In this document: piece after piece, positions 9,422-18,553 of the stretch | Position numbering within the stretch: position 1 is the first letter of the stretch | Layout: each line of letters opens with the position of its first letter | Origin: Parachlamydiales bacterium | Lineage (GTDB): Bacteria > Chlamydiota > Chlamydiia > Chlamydiales > Parachlamydiaceae | Reading direction: 5' to 3' | Assembly: GCA_020051075.1 (NCBI GenBank) | Contig: JAGVJP010000107.1 | Coordinates: 1 to 38,795 of the forward strand | Length of the DNA stretch: 38,795 nucleotides | Notes under the pieces: generated by a model | Database searches by the model: none | Told to the model about the DNA's origin: nothing | The model's input: the letters and a program-made list of their open reading frames with translations, nothing else | Program-made: the position numbers and the translations under genes

Positions 9422-9629
9422 TGGCAACTGGGTGAGCGATGTATCAGATCATTCAATCGGTCGCAAACCAAGCAGGTCACCGTAAAATTCCTTCCTAAAA
9501 AATAACGACGTCGCTTATGAATTCCTGTGACCGCTTCCCGGATACCAACTCTTGAAGAGCTTTATTAATGACATCAGCGGAACGAAATGTCGTCGACATC
9601 GAGTTGACAGCTTCGCTCCCCAATTGCCA
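9422..9629. repeat. ~208 bp intergenic element with terminal inverted repeats and an inner stem (MITE-like or structured ncRNA)
   Basis: TGGCAACTGGGTGAGCGA (9422-9439) vs TCGCTCCCCAATTGCCA (9613-9629); inner AAGCAGGTCAC (9470-9480) vs GTGACCGCTT (9527-9536). Confidence 0.6.
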
Positions 9630-9682
9630 GGGTGATATTTAGCGAAAACTATAGACCTATTGCATGCTCTTAAGCTAGAATA

Positions 9683-9711
9683 TTGACTAAGCAACGTACA
9701 ATCCTTAATAT
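9683..9711 (+). promoter_or_regulatory. Putative sigma70/66 promoter of the AAA-nuclease gene
   Basis: TTGACT-N17-TAATAT, followed by GAGGG and ATG 9730. Confidence 0.55.
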
Positions 9712-9729
9712 CGAGGGAAAAAAGTATCT

Positions 9730-11289
9730 ATGGGTGATGTCAAGCTGCCAATCGGTATACAAGATTTCGAAAAAATTATTGCCAATGGATATACTTACGT
9801 TGATAAGACTGCTCTTATTTATCGGCTTATCACTCAATTCAGTCCTTATTTTCTATCTCGTCCTCGACGATTTGGTAAATCGTTGTTAGTTTCTACGCTT
9901 TGCGCGCTTTTTTCAGGTAGACGCGATTTATTCAAGGGGTTATGGATTGACAATAGCGACTGGGAATGGAAAGTCTATCCAATTATTTTTCTCGATATGT
10001 CGACAATCAATAACAAAACTCCTGAGATGTTGGAGAGGGCTTTAATCCATGCTTTGAAAGAAATTGCCACCCAATATCATCTGACTCTATCCGGAGAAAC
10101 CCCCTCTGATTACTTGTCTGATTTAATCAAACAACTGGTGGTCGCTTCTGGGCAACAAGTTGTTGTTTTAATTGATGAATATGATCGAGCTTTAATCGAC
10201 AACCTTGATGATTTAGATATAGCAAAAGAAAATCGCGAAATTCTGCGTAGATTTTATACGATCTTGAAGGCGCATGATGCACATTTAAGATTTCTTTTTT
10301 TAACTGGTGTCACCAATTTCTCAAAAGTTTCAGTATTCTCTGGACTCAACAATCTGATTGATCTAACAATGCGCAATGAATTTAGCTCACTTTTAGGCTA
10401 TACAAGAGATGAGTTAACCCATTATTTTTCTCAATCCATACAAGACGTCGCGACTGCGAATCGGTTAGCCATTGAGAGCTGTTATGAACAAATCAAGGGG
10501 TGGTATAATGGCTATCAATTTTCAAAAAATGGTCAACTCGTTTATAACCCCTTTTCAACGTTAATGCTCCTTGATTCCAAAGAGTTTACCGCCCACTGGT
10601 TTGAGACAGGCACACCTACATTCCTGATTAAATTGATACAAAAAAGAGAATTTGATCTTATCAATCTAGAACAGTTTGAAATTGCCGTAGAAGATTTCAG
10701 TACATTTGAAATTGAGGATTTACCTACAATTCCTTTGCTCTATCAAACAGGGTATTTAACCATTAAGGCCTTTGATCCTACTGTGAGTACCTATCGTTTA
10801 GGTTACCCTAACCGAGAAGTGGGCCAATCTTTCTCCACAAGCATCTTGCGATATTTTGCGATATCTAAAGCCAGTGCAGCAGACTATTTATCAAGCATCT
10901 TCCGTAATGTTTCAACAACACCATGGGAGTTCTCGTGTTTCTTTGACATTCTTTCAGAACTACTTGCACTGATGCCTTATGACTTATACTTAAAAAGTGA
11001 AAAGCACTATCAAAGTCTATTTTATTTGATTATCAAACTTGCTGGAATAAGTGTTAGCGCTGAAGTCCATACGCAAAAGGGTCGAGTAGATGCTGTCATC
11101 GAGATGAAAGATAAGATTTTGGTCTTTGAATTTAAATTAGATCAATCTGCTGAGATAGCCATCGAACAGATCAAGCAAAAGGCGTATTATCAAATCTACA
11201 GTAGTCGAAAGATTCCTATTTACTTAGTTGGCATCAACTTCAACAGTCAGTTCAGGGCCGTCGATGATTGGCGCGTTGAGCTGTTATAA
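9730..11289 (+). CDS. AAA-ATPase-like protein with C-terminal PD-(D/E)XK nuclease (AAA-ATPase_like + PDDEXK_9 type)
   Basis: KLPIGIQDF..YVDKT N-terminus, Walker A RPRRFGKS, Walker B LIDEYD, WYNGY, YNPFS, WFETGTP, C-terminal GRVDAVIE..VFEFK. Confidence 0.92.
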   Translation: MGDVKLPIGIQDFEKIIANGYTYVDKTALIYRLITQFSPYFLSRPRRFGKSLLVSTLCALFSGRRDLFKGLWIDNSDWEWKVYPIIFLDMSTINNKTPEMLERALIHALKEIATQYHLTLSGETPSDYLSDLIKQLVVASGQQVVVLIDEYDRALIDNLDDLDIAKENREILRRFYTILKAHDAHLRFLFLTGVTNFSKVSVFSGLNNLIDLTMRNEFSSLLGYTRDELTHYFSQSIQDVATANRLAIESCYEQIKGWYNGYQFSKNGQLVYNPFSTLMLLDSKEFTAHWFETGTPTFLIKLIQKREFDLINLEQFEIAVEDFSTFEIEDLPTIPLLYQTGYLTIKAFDPTVSTYRLGYPNREVGQSFSTSILRYFAISKASAADYLSSIFRNVSTTPWEFSCFFDILSELLALMPYDLYLKSEKHYQSLFYLIIKLAGISVSAEVHTQKGRVDAVIEMKDKILVFEFKLDQSAEIAIEQIKQKAYYQIYSSRKIPIYLVGINFNSQFRAVDDWRVELL

Positions 11290-11327
11290 CAAAATTATTT
11301 ACCAAGTATTGCCAGAGTCTGTTCTAA

Positions 11328-12155
11328 CTATAGCCTTGAGAAATGGATAACAGGTTCTTTAGATGCATTGTGAAGGTGTTGTACCATCATGGAATGTAGT
11401 TTGCCATTAGTTGCTAGGATTTGAGGTTTCATGAAATTAACTGGGCCGCCATCATAAGAGGAAACGATCCCACCTGCCTCTTGAACTAACAGAACCCCTG
11501 CAGCGACATCCCACAATTGCAAATGATTTTCCCAATAACCATCCAGCTTTCCTGCTGCGACATAGGCCAGATCAATAGATGCAGCACCTGCTCTTCTCAC
11601 ACCATGCGAGAGATTTGTCATGTAGCAGAATTCACGATAATTATTGTCCTCAATTTCGCGACGTTGATACGGAAAACCAGTTGCTAGCAGACTTTTGTTC
11701 AGATCATTAACATTGGATACACTTAGTTTGAAACCGTTCACAAAAGCACCACAACCTTTAGATGCCTGAAAAAGCTCATTCATCATAGGATTATAGACAA
11801 CGCCGACAATAGGGAAGCCTTGATAGAGCAAAGCCACCGAAACAGCAACAAAGGGAAATTGATGTGCATAATTTGTGGTTCCATCTAATGGATCGATGGC
11901 CCACAGGAATTCAGTGTCTTGGGCTTCATGAAGACCGCTTTCTTCGGCCAGAATCTTATGCGCAGGAAATGCCTCTTTGATGACGTCGATCACCGCACTT
12001 TCAGACGCTCTATCGGCTTCGGTGACTAAATCCCCCTCAATGTTTTTATTTTGGATGTTTGTCACACATCCCCAATACTTCTGCAAAAATTTACCGCCAG
12101 CTTGGGCCGCTTGAATAGCGACTTGCAAAAAACCGTTCAATTCCATCACTTCCAT
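11328..12155 (-). CDS. suhB: Inositol monophosphatase family protein
   Basis: DLVTEAD, AEE, WAIDPLDGTTNYAH, RRAGAASIDLAYVAAG, WDVAAG motifs. Confidence 0.93.
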   Translation of the reverse strand: MEVMELNGFLQVAIQAAQAGGKFLQKYWGCVTNIQNKNIEGDLVTEADRASESAVIDVIKEAFPAHKILAEESGLHEAQDTEFLWAIDPLDGTTNYAHQFPFVAVSVALLYQGFPIVGVVYNPMMNELFQASKGCGAFVNGFKLSVSNVNDLNKSLLATGFPYQRREIEDNNYREFCYMTNLSHGVRRAGAASIDLAYVAAGKLDGYWENHLQLWDVAAGVLLVQEAGGIVSSYDGGPVNFMKPQILATNGKLHSMMVQHLHNASKEPVIHFSRL

Positions 12156-12198
12156 ACCTTTTTAAATTCCCTAAGGCCTCACCATGCATTCCAAGCCA

Positions 12199-13539
12199 CT
12201 AAATTAATCGATATTTCGTTGTAGAACCTTTTCCATAACGCTCAAGTTTACCACTTTCAATCAACTTCTTAAGCACTCTTCCTGCTGAGGTTCGGGGGAT
12301 GTTGAGTTGTTGGATCAGATCAGATCTTGATATTTCTCCTGCAACTTTAAATAAGCTTAAGACCAACTCCTCAAGATTGTTCTGCATTGATTCCGACCGA
12401 ATTCTCGGCAGTGTGCATTTCACAAAATTTGTCCCTTCTAATACCTGAGGGGGAAGTAATCCTTGCTTTCTATAGCTTTTAAAGAGTGTGATAAAACCGG
12501 AACCCATTTTTTCTATATATTTTGCTTCCCATAAGATTTTTGCAATTGCAGTATTGCGGACATATGTGATCCCAGATTCCAATTCTGAAGTATCGAGAGG
12601 GCCAGGCATGCATCCGGGACTAAAAAATTCTATTCTATCGGAATATACTGATATTTTTATGGGCGCGTTGATGTGATAATTACGATGTAAAATAGCATTC
12701 ATTAATACTTCTCGAATCGCAATGGGAGGGATTTCCCAATCTTCTTCTCGTTTTTTCATTTCAATGCGAAACGATTTGTTCAGTCGTTCCATAATAAAGT
12801 CAAACGCCCCATCAAATTGTTCGAAAAGTGTACCCTTACATGTTCTGGACGCAATAGCCTCTCGATCTTTAAACTCGGAGAAATGACAACAAAGGATATA
12901 AGCTTCCGAAAGAAATTTCTGAGGGGATTTCCCAAATAACAACATCCCGGCGATAGTGGAGTAGTTTGTAGTATGTTCTTTTTTTATGATCTCATATGAT
13001 AATAACGCTTCTTCGGTTATAGGCGAATGAACACCATTTCGTCTATGATTTAAAAAATATTCGATTTTGGCTGTGTCAAGATCATCAATAGTTGCATGAT
13101 ATATGGGAAGTTGATCATAAGCAATTCCCCGAGATTGCCATTTTAGCTCTTCGATGATGTCGGCATTGGCTTTAACAGTGGAACGACCTAGTCGAACGAA
13201 TGTACCTTCAGAAAGTCCCAGGGATTTTTGATAATAGGGTTTATTTGTGCCGGATGATACTTCAATAATTAAAAGAACTTTGCTATCAATCCTTTGTTGA
13301 TAGATGAGAGGAAGGATGGGGGGAGTGCTTGTTTCATAAATAAGATGGTCGAGTCGTTCCAAGGCTTCATGCGCCTCTTCTTCAGAAATTCCTACGATAG
13401 TGCCATCGTCTTTTACACCGATTACTAATTTTCCCCCTTTTGCATTACAAAATCCGATGACCGTTTTTATTATTTTAGAGCTTGCAGGAATCTTTTCTTT
13501 GAATTCCAATCTAGAGGATTCCGAGCCAGAATATTTCAT
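12199..13539 (-). CDS. Schlafen/AlbA_2 domain + HATPase_c_4 (RecG C-terminal-like) + winged-helix protein
   Basis: ESSRLEFKE and GFCNAKGGKLVIGVKDDG (AlbA_2); REVLMNAILHRNY, RNTAIA, IEKMGSG; C-terminal wHTH (ISRSDL..RTSAGRVLKKLIESGKLERYGKGSTTKY). Start set at ATG 13539 with AAGGTG RBS. Confidence 0.9.
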   Translation of the reverse strand: MKYSGSESSRLEFKEKIPASSKIIKTVIGFCNAKGGKLVIGVKDDGTIVGISEEEAHEALERLDHLIYETSTPPILPLIYQQRIDSKVLLIIEVSSGTNKPYYQKSLGLSEGTFVRLGRSTVKANADIIEELKWQSRGIAYDQLPIYHATIDDLDTAKIEYFLNHRRNGVHSPITEEALLSYEIIKKEHTTNYSTIAGMLLFGKSPQKFLSEAYILCCHFSEFKDREAIASRTCKGTLFEQFDGAFDFIMERLNKSFRIEMKKREEDWEIPPIAIREVLMNAILHRNYHINAPIKISVYSDRIEFFSPGCMPGPLDTSELESGITYVRNTAIAKILWEAKYIEKMGSGFITLFKSYRKQGLLPPQVLEGTNFVKCTLPRIRSESMQNNLEELVLSLFKVAGEISRSDLIQQLNIPRTSAGRVLKKLIESGKLERYGKGSTTKYRLI

Positions 13540-13567
13540 TTGATCACCTTGTTGTCGCAATGAGATC

Positions 13568-13652
13568 ATATTATCATTTGGGGTCGATTGGGTCAAGATA
13601 AACATCGATGATCGACCCAATCGACCCAAAAAATCATTTTGGGTCGATCATC
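13568..13652 (-). promoter_or_regulatory. Promoter of the AlbA_2 gene overlapped by five TTGGGTCGA-type 9-mers (operator-like)
   Basis: Minus strand TTGACC (13596-13591)-N17-TAATAT (13573-13568). 9-mers at ~13579, 13588, 13612, 13621 and 13639 in direct and inverted arrangement. Confidence 0.65.
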
Positions 13653-13707
13653 TGTTCGTTAGGCTTTCGAGTATGAATGACAAAATTCTGAATCATGAAA
13701 TTCAAAT

Positions 13708-13855
13708 AAATCTCAAAAAACGGCTAAAATGCTGTTTTTTGAGATTAAAATTTTACGAGAGAGAATAAACATATTATATAAATAAATGAATAAGAAATCA
13801 AATTTTCTTGTAGATAAAATCTCAAAAAACGGCTAAAATGCTGTTTTTTGAGATT
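13708..13855. repeat. Two identical 39 bp palindromic direct repeats, 70 bp apart
   Basis: AAATCTCAAAAAACGGCTAAAATGCTGTTTTTTGAGATT at 13708-13746 and 13817-13855; each has perfect 13 bp arms AATCTCAAAAAAC/GTTTTTTGAGATT around a central TAAAAT. Confidence 0.9.
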
Positions 13856-13881
13856 GACAGGATTTTAGCAAGCAGGATGGC

Positions 13882-15321
13882 GTGATGAGATTTATAGGAA
13901 GACAGGAAGAGTTACTAACGCTCAAAAATTTGTTGAAGAAAAACTCAGCGAGTATGGTTGTGATAAAGGGACGTCGTCGTATAGGTAAAAGTCGACTACT
14001 TGAGGAATTTTCCCATTCAGTTCAAAGGTCTTTTGTATTCTCAGGACTTCCACCGACTGAATTTACAACTGCTCAATCTCAACGAGATGAGTTTGCGGGG
14101 CAATTAGCGCGTCAAACAAATTTGACCAATTTTAACAAAGAGGACTGGAGCGAGTTATTTTGGCAATTATCGAAGTTTATCGAGGATGGAAGTGCGCTAA
14201 TTATTTTAGACGAAATTTCCTGGATGGGAGCAGAAGACCCTGATTTTTTAGGTAAGTTGAAAAATGCATGGGATCTTTACTTTAAAAAAAATGACAACCT
14301 CATATTAGCCATTTGTGGTTCGGCTTCCGTTTGGATTGATAAAAACATCTTAAGCAGCACTGGATTTTTGGGTAGAGAGTCGTTGGTTTTAATGCTAGAT
14401 GAATTACCTTTGTATGATTGTGCTGAATTCTGGAATTCAGAAAATGACCGTATTTCGTCGCATGAAAAATTTAAGCTGCTTGCTGTCACAGGTGGGATTC
14501 CAAGATATCTTGAACATATCAACCCGTTATTGTCTGCAGAAGATAACATTCGTCAGATGTGTTTCACCAAAACAGGTATATTATTTAATGAATTTGAAAA
14601 AATATTTTCTGATTTATTTTCTAATAAAAATATTCTATATAAAAGAATAGTAGGATGCTTAGCAGATGGATTATCTGATCAAGGTACAGTATGTAAAAAA
14701 ATAGGATTAAAATTAGGTGGTGATATTTCAGAGTATTTTGATGATCTTATTAAATCTGGTTTTGTATCGAGAGATTATACCTGGAATCTTAAACACAGTG
14801 CAATGTCGAATTTAAGCCAATATCGTTTAAAAGATAATTATTCTCGGTTTTATTTGAAATATATTGAACCAAATCGATCAAAGATTGAATCAGGCGATAT
14901 GTCGAAAGTTTCTTTAGCTAGCTTGAGGGGCTGGAGTAGTATAATGGGTTTGCAAGTTGAAAATTTGATGTTAAGCAATCGACATCTCATAAAACAGGCT
15001 TTACAGATCGATCCAAATGATATTGTTTGTGATAACCCTTTTTTCCAGAGAAAAAATACAAAACAGAGTGGTTGTCAAATAGACTATTTAATCCAAACGC
15101 AGTACAACACATTGTATATTTGTGAAATTAAATATTCTAAAAACGAGATCGGAAATCAGATTATTGATGAGATGAACGAAAAAATAAACCGATTAAATTT
15201 GCCAAAGCTCTTTTCGTATAGGTTAGTTTTAATACATGTTAACGGTGTGTGTGAGTCAGTAAGGGAAAGTGGGTTTTTCTCACATATACTCAACTTCAGT
15301 GATTTTTTAAGGAGACAGTAA
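13882..15321 (+). CDS. Archaeal-type AAA ATPase (ATPase_2) with wHTH and C-terminal DUF234/PD-(D/E)XK-like domain
   Basis: FIGRQEEL, Walker A GRRRIGKS, Walker B IILDEISW, CGS, TGGIPRYL, C-terminal QIDYLIQ..ICEIK. Confidence 0.9.
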   Translation: MMRFIGRQEELLTLKNLLKKNSASMVVIKGRRRIGKSRLLEEFSHSVQRSFVFSGLPPTEFTTAQSQRDEFAGQLARQTNLTNFNKEDWSELFWQLSKFIEDGSALIILDEISWMGAEDPDFLGKLKNAWDLYFKKNDNLILAICGSASVWIDKNILSSTGFLGRESLVLMLDELPLYDCAEFWNSENDRISSHEKFKLLAVTGGIPRYLEHINPLLSAEDNIRQMCFTKTGILFNEFEKIFSDLFSNKNILYKRIVGCLADGLSDQGTVCKKIGLKLGGDISEYFDDLIKSGFVSRDYTWNLKHSAMSNLSQYRLKDNYSRFYLKYIEPNRSKIESGDMSKVSLASLRGWSSIMGLQVENLMLSNRHLIKQALQIDPNDIVCDNPFFQRKNTKQSGCQIDYLIQTQYNTLYICEIKYSKNEIGNQIIDEMNEKINRLNLPKLFSYRLVLIHVNGVCESVRESGFFSHILNFSDFLRRQ

Positions 15322-15424
15322 ACGTTGCTGTTCTTCTATTTCTAATAGGTCGTGTATGAGCAATTTAAGAAAAGGTCTAAACAGCGATCAAAGGAAAAAA
15401 ATTATTTTACCACAGCATTAAGAA

Positions 15425-15453
15425 TTGACAAAATCAGGATGAAAGGACATTAT
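15425..15453 (+). promoter_or_regulatory. Putative sigma70/66 promoter
   Basis: TTGACA-N17-CATTAT upstream of ORF 15474. Confidence 0.4.
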
Positions 15454-15473
15454 AGATTGGATTTTCAAGATAC

Positions 15474-15932
15474 ATGGTTTCTTGGAAGAAAAAAATGACT
15501 GACCGCCTTTTTAAGAGGGATTATCAACAGATGAACATTCAAGCCCCTTCATCTCAAAATCTTCGTGAGAAAAACAAAAATGCACAGACATCCGATGCTC
15601 GGAAGAGGTTGAGTTGTCAAAGTGAGTGGGTCATCGACCAGATTGAAGGGCGTAAATTTAAGTTACGCTTCTTCGATACCAAATATAGAAGCAAAATTCA
15701 CGAGACTGAACGAAAAAATACCCACCGCTCAAAAAAACTCAATGAAGAGGTGATTGCGCAGCAAGATCGGATCAATCACATGCTCATCTTAAAAGAAATG
15801 ATCAAACGAGATAAACTCAAAGTCGAGATGGAACATTCTAGTATCCAACAGGCGGTGATTGCGACAGATGCGATGCAAATCTGCCTGTTGAACAGGATCA
15901 AGAATAGACAATATCGGAACTTCCCAACATAA
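15474..15932 (+). CDS. Hypothetical basic protein
   Basis: 152 aa ORF filling the gap, with a plausible upstream promoter; K/R-rich; no recognised motif. Confidence 0.55.
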   Translation: MVSWKKKMTDRLFKRDYQQMNIQAPSSQNLREKNKNAQTSDARKRLSCQSEWVIDQIEGRKFKLRFFDTKYRSKIHETERKNTHRSKKLNEEVIAQQDRINHMLILKEMIKRDKLKVEMEHSSIQQAVIATDAMQICLLNRIKNRQYRNFPT

Positions 15933-15939
15933 CACATAG

Positions 15940-16014
15940 AACAGGATAAGCAAGATCGCCTGCTCATCCTGCCGCTTGCGATCCTGCCCATCCTGTTTTT
16001 TTGTTTATCCTGTT
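15940..16014. repeat. CAGGAT-family palindromic repeat, copy 1
   Basis: AACAGGATAAGCAA ... TTGTTTATCCTGTT outer arms; ATCCTGCCGCTTGCGATCCTGCC (15966-15988) is identical to 21072-21094. Confidence 0.8.
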
Positions 16015-17249
16015 CATCTTGTTTTAAGGACGTTTACAGCATCACGCAAGGCTTGGACGAAGGCATCGATCTCTTCTAGCGTGTTATAGAAAGCAAATGA
16101 AGCACGTGCTGTAGAAGGAACGTGGAAGAAATCCATCACAGGCTGTGCACAATGGTGTCCTGTTCGGATAGCAATCCCCTTTAAGTCGAGAAAGGTGCCT
16201 AGATCCAAAGCGTGGATGCCATCGATGGTAAAACTGATGATCGCCCCTTTCTGTTTAGCTTGTCCAATGAACCGTATTCCAGGGATGTCTTGGAGTTTCT
16301 CTGTGGCATGATTTAATAGCTGCTGTTCCCAACGGTGAATGGTATCCAGGCCGATGGCTTGCAAATAATCGATCGCAGCACCTAATCCAATGACTTCGGC
16401 AATCATTGGAGTTCCTGCTTCAAACTTGAGGGGCAGTTTATTATAGGTTGTTTTTTCGAAAGTGACTTTTTCGATCATATCGCCGCCGCCTTGATAAGGG
16501 GGCATGGCATTAAGAAGAGCTGCTTTTCCATACAAGACACCGATGCCGGTCGGACCCATGGCCTTATGTCCGGAAAAGACAAAGAAGTCGGCATCGAGCT
16601 CTTGAACGTCAATTTTTTGATGCGGAGCGCTCTGAGCGCCATCAACGAGGATATAAGCACCGGCGGCATGGGCCATGGCAGCCATCTGTTTGATTGGGTT
16701 CACAGTGCCCAGGGCGTTTGAGATATGGTTGACGGCAACGAGGCGGGTGCGATGAGAGAGCAGCTTCTCATATTCTTCTAAGGAGAGCTCTCCCTTTTCA
16801 TTCATAGGAATTACTTTTAAGCGAGCTCCTGCCTGTTCGCAGATCATCTGCCAGGGGACAATATTAGAATGGTGTTCCAAGGCGCTGATCAAAATTTCGT
16901 CTCCGGGTTTGACGAAGGCTTGGCTGAAGGAGAAAGCAACAAGGTTGATCGACTCTGTGGTTCCGCGGGTGAAGATGATCTCTTCAACTTGCTGGGCATT
17001 TAGGAAAGATTGAATTTTCTGACGAACCTTCTCATAGTTTGCACTCGATTCTGCTGCCAACTGGTAGACGGCGCGGTGGACAGTGCCATAATGGTCGCGA
17101 TAAAAGCTTGTGATTGCCTCGATGACAGCATGCGGCTTCTGGGCAGTGGCTGCGGAGTCAAAGTAGATCAACGGTTTTCCATGCATCGTTTTATCGAGCA
17201 TGGGAAAATCTTTTCTTAAACGTTGGACATCAAAGGGATAATGATTCAT
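16014..17249 (-). CDS. sufS: Cysteine desulfurase SufS
   Basis: YFDSAATAQKP, EHHSN, DGAQ, FSGHK (PLP lysine), RTGHHCA. Confidence 0.97.
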   Translation of the reverse strand: MNHYPFDVQRLRKDFPMLDKTMHGKPLIYFDSAATAQKPHAVIEAITSFYRDHYGTVHRAVYQLAAESSANYEKVRQKIQSFLNAQQVEEIIFTRGTTESINLVAFSFSQAFVKPGDEILISALEHHSNIVPWQMICEQAGARLKVIPMNEKGELSLEEYEKLLSHRTRLVAVNHISNALGTVNPIKQMAAMAHAAGAYILVDGAQSAPHQKIDVQELDADFFVFSGHKAMGPTGIGVLYGKAALLNAMPPYQGGGDMIEKVTFEKTTYNKLPLKFEAGTPMIAEVIGLGAAIDYLQAIGLDTIHRWEQQLLNHATEKLQDIPGIRFIGQAKQKGAIISFTIDGIHALDLGTFLDLKGIAIRTGHHCAQPVMDFFHVPSTARASFAFYNTLEEIDAFVQALRDAVNVLKTR

Positions 17250-18553
17250 TTAAAAGAACTCGCTATTAAGGAAATTGCAGATTTTAAACTTGGCATGGGT
17301 ATGGTCTGTATCACCTGTTCACAAAAACCTAGAATCAGAAGATTTTTCGCTTGGGTATCGGTAAATCCTCGTGTTTTCATATAGAAGAGCTGATCGGGAT
17401 CAAGCTGTCCTACCGTTGCCCCATGCGATGCTTTGACATCATCGGCGAAGATTTCGAGATTGGGTTTGCTATCGGCATGAGCGTGGTCATCTAAGATGAG
17501 GTTGTTGTTCAGTTGAAAAGCTTCCGTTTTTTGGGCTTCTCGGCGCACCATGATTTTCCCTTCAAAGGTCGAGCGGCTGAAATCTTTTAACACAGATTTA
17601 AACAGCTGAAAGGAGCGGCAATGGGGTGCTTGATGGTCCATGAAGATGTGTGCATGAGATTCTTGCTTGTTTGGAAGCATCGACACACTATTGAGAGTAG
17701 CTTGTGCATTTTCTCCTGTTAAGGCAACGCGATAATCATTTCGGACAGATAAGCTTCCTTGCGTCGCGCATGTGACGGTGAGTTTGCTGTCCCTTTTCAT
17801 CACAGCACGGAAAGCTTCAAAGTGCCATGAACGGTGGTGTTCGTTGCATTGCGCCTGCACATAATGAACCGAGGCGCCTTCTTCTATTGCCCATTCTGAA
17901 GCCATGTTGACAAAATAGCTTTGGTCGGACCGATGATGTTGCGTGTGCATGACCTCAACTTGGGCATGGGATCCTACAAATAGTTGTAGACGGGGAATCA
18001 GCAGAGAAGGATTTGTAGAGGAATCGATGATGTGTAAAATCTGTATGGGCGCTTCAATCTTGCACTTCGGGGGGATGTAGAGGAAGGCCCCTTTGTTATG
18101 CAGGGCAGCATTTAAGACAGCGAAGGAGTCTGTTTCATCTTTGAGTCCTTTGGTCCATTGGTTATTGATGAATGCGCCAAACGTTGACAACGCCTCTTCT
18201 ATTGTAGAGACAAAGATTTTTGTCGGAAGGGCATCAGTGTTAGAGAGCTGCGGCTGGAAAAAGCCATTGACGAAGACGAGGACGGACTGCTTGCTCTCAG
18301 GCAGTATCCATTGCTCGATTTCGCTTTCATTGAGCTGTATTTCTTCGCCGGGCTGGTAGGTTTGGGAAAATAGCTGTCTCAGCTTAATATATCGATACGC
18401 CTCGTTTTTCTTTGTCGGAAGCCCTAATGCGAGATAATGTTCCCATGCTTTGGCCTTCAGCTTCTGCATGCTCTCTATAGGCTTATTTTGATCGCGGCAT
18501 TTATCTAATAAGAGTTTGAATGTCTCTTGTTCTAATCCTGGCTCAAGCATCAT
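17246..18553 (-). CDS. sufD: Fe-S cluster assembly protein SufD
   Basis: [32 protein letters not shown]; operon position. Confidence 0.95.
   Translation of the reverse strand: MMLEPGLEQETFKLLLDKCRDQNKPIESMQKLKAKAWEHYLALGLPTKKNEAYRYIKLRQLFSQTYQPGEEIQLNESEIEQWILPESKQSVLVFVNGFFQPQLSNTDALPTKIFVSTIEEALSTFGAFINNQWTKGLKDETDSFAVLNAALHNKGAFLYIPPKCKIEAPIQILHIIDSSTNPSLLIPRLQLFVGSHAQVEVMHTQHHRSDQSYFVNMASEWAIEEGASVHYVQAQCNEHHRSWHFEAFRAVMKRDSKLTVTCATQGSLSVRNDYRVALTGENAQATLNSVSMLPNKQESHAHIFMDHQAPHCRSFQLFKSVLKDFSRSTFEGKIMVRREAQKTEAFQLNNNLILDDHAHADSKPNLEIFADDVKASHGATVGQLDPDQLFYMKTRGFTDTQAKNLLILGFCEQVIQTIPMPSLKSAISLIASSFK

Noticed and set aside
9422..9629. Retron msr-msd (terminal inverted repeats beside an ATPase-nuclease gene)
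   Set aside because: No reverse transcriptase in the window.
12199..13629. Extended 476 aa N-terminus of the AlbA_2 gene
   Set aside because: The extension overlaps the promoter and operator repeats; ATG 13539 has an RBS and begins at the domain boundary.
13708..13855. Mini CRISPR array
   Set aside because: Only two repeats, a 70 bp extremely AT-rich spacer and no cas genes; the position over a promoter fits operators better.
15776..15991. 71 aa minus-strand ORF
   Set aside because: Starts inside the CAGGAT repeat and is antisense to a longer ORF.
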